Shown piece by piece: positions 63,745 to 64,000 of a stretch of DNA of 64,000 bases. Under the pieces are notes generated by a model. It had not been told where the DNA came from. It saw nothing but the letters and a program-made list of their open reading frames with translations, and did no database searches. The stretch's first letter is position 1; the number at the start of each line of letters is the position of its first letter. A program made the translations under genes and the position numbers. Origin of the DNA: a virus. The stretch is from IMG/VR virus record IMGVR_UViG_3300007735_000801. One strand, written 5' to 3'.

Positions 63745-63863
63745 CGGTAGTAATCCTCTCGGTAATCGCTTGTGTCCATTTGGAAGTCATAATCTACATC
63801 ATCAAGTACACACTCTTTGTAGAGTTCATTCATATATTCGTTGTATTCGGGTTCGTCGTTCAT
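63741..63863 (-). CDS. Small acidic/aromatic early protein, 40 aa (MNDEPEYNEYMNELYKECVLDDVDYDFQMDTSDYREDYYR), not in ORF track
   Basis: ATG 6 nt after a consensus -10; stop overlaps next ATG. Confidence 0.65.
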   Translation of the reverse strand: MNDEPEYNEYMNELYKECVLDDVDYDFQMDTSDYREDYYR

Positions 63864-63869
63864 GTGCGT

Positions 63870-63897
63870 ATTCTAATCTCGATTTCTATGGTGTCAA
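63870..63897 (-). promoter_or_regulatory. Early sigma70 promoter (leaderless)
   Basis: TTGACA-16 bp-TAGAAT, 6 nt to ATG. Confidence 0.85.
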
Positions 63898-64000
63898 GTG
63901 GTAAATCAAATAATTATAAAATTTCTTCAACTTCGTCTAGCCAACATTCGTTGTTAAATGACAGATTAGAAGTTAATTGCTTGGTCTGATCTGTTACTTC

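Noticed and set aside
1-64000. Stop-codon reassignment or tRNA genes
   Set aside because: Core genes are full length in the standard code and use TAA, TGA and TAG as stops; no cloverleaf or TTCGAATC-type tRNA pattern recognised by eye (tRNAscan-SE would be decisive)

Overview
This window is 64 kb of a large T4-like (Tevenvirinae/cyanophage-like) myophage genome, read in the standard genetic code. No tRNA, rRNA, CRISPR array, intron or intein was seen. (1) 1-8 kb and 25-35 kb (+ strand) hold the T4 core replication and transcription module: gp55, gp47, gp46, rnh, gp45, gp44, gp62, regA, then gp43, uvsX, gp41, gp61, thyX and class II nrdJ. (2) A ~17 kb island is inserted between regA and gp43. 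It carries ~15 sugar-synthesis/glycosyltransferase genes followed by late-promoter virion fibre genes (a collagen-like protein and a Ser/Thr/Gly-rich fibre). (3) 34.7-53 kb (mostly - strand) is a late-expressed block. Several proteins begin with a T4 internal-protein capsid-targeting sequence (MKSF.EYL.E), and several large modular proteins are punctuated by prohead-protease-like (I/L/V/M)-x-E sites. The block also holds lysis candidates, a trypsin-like protease, a RuvC-like nuclease and an exonuclease. (4) 53-64 kb (- strand) is an early region: GNAT-like, HNH-like, FmdB, a CobT/CobS-like VWA-AAA pair, DksA/TraR and many small acidic ORFs. These are driven by near-consensus sigma70 promoters, mostly with a 16-bp spacer and placed so that transcripts are leaderless. 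A regularly phased array of six 7-1-7 palindromes sits at 54255-54381. All product calls come from motif recognition by eye; no database search was run.
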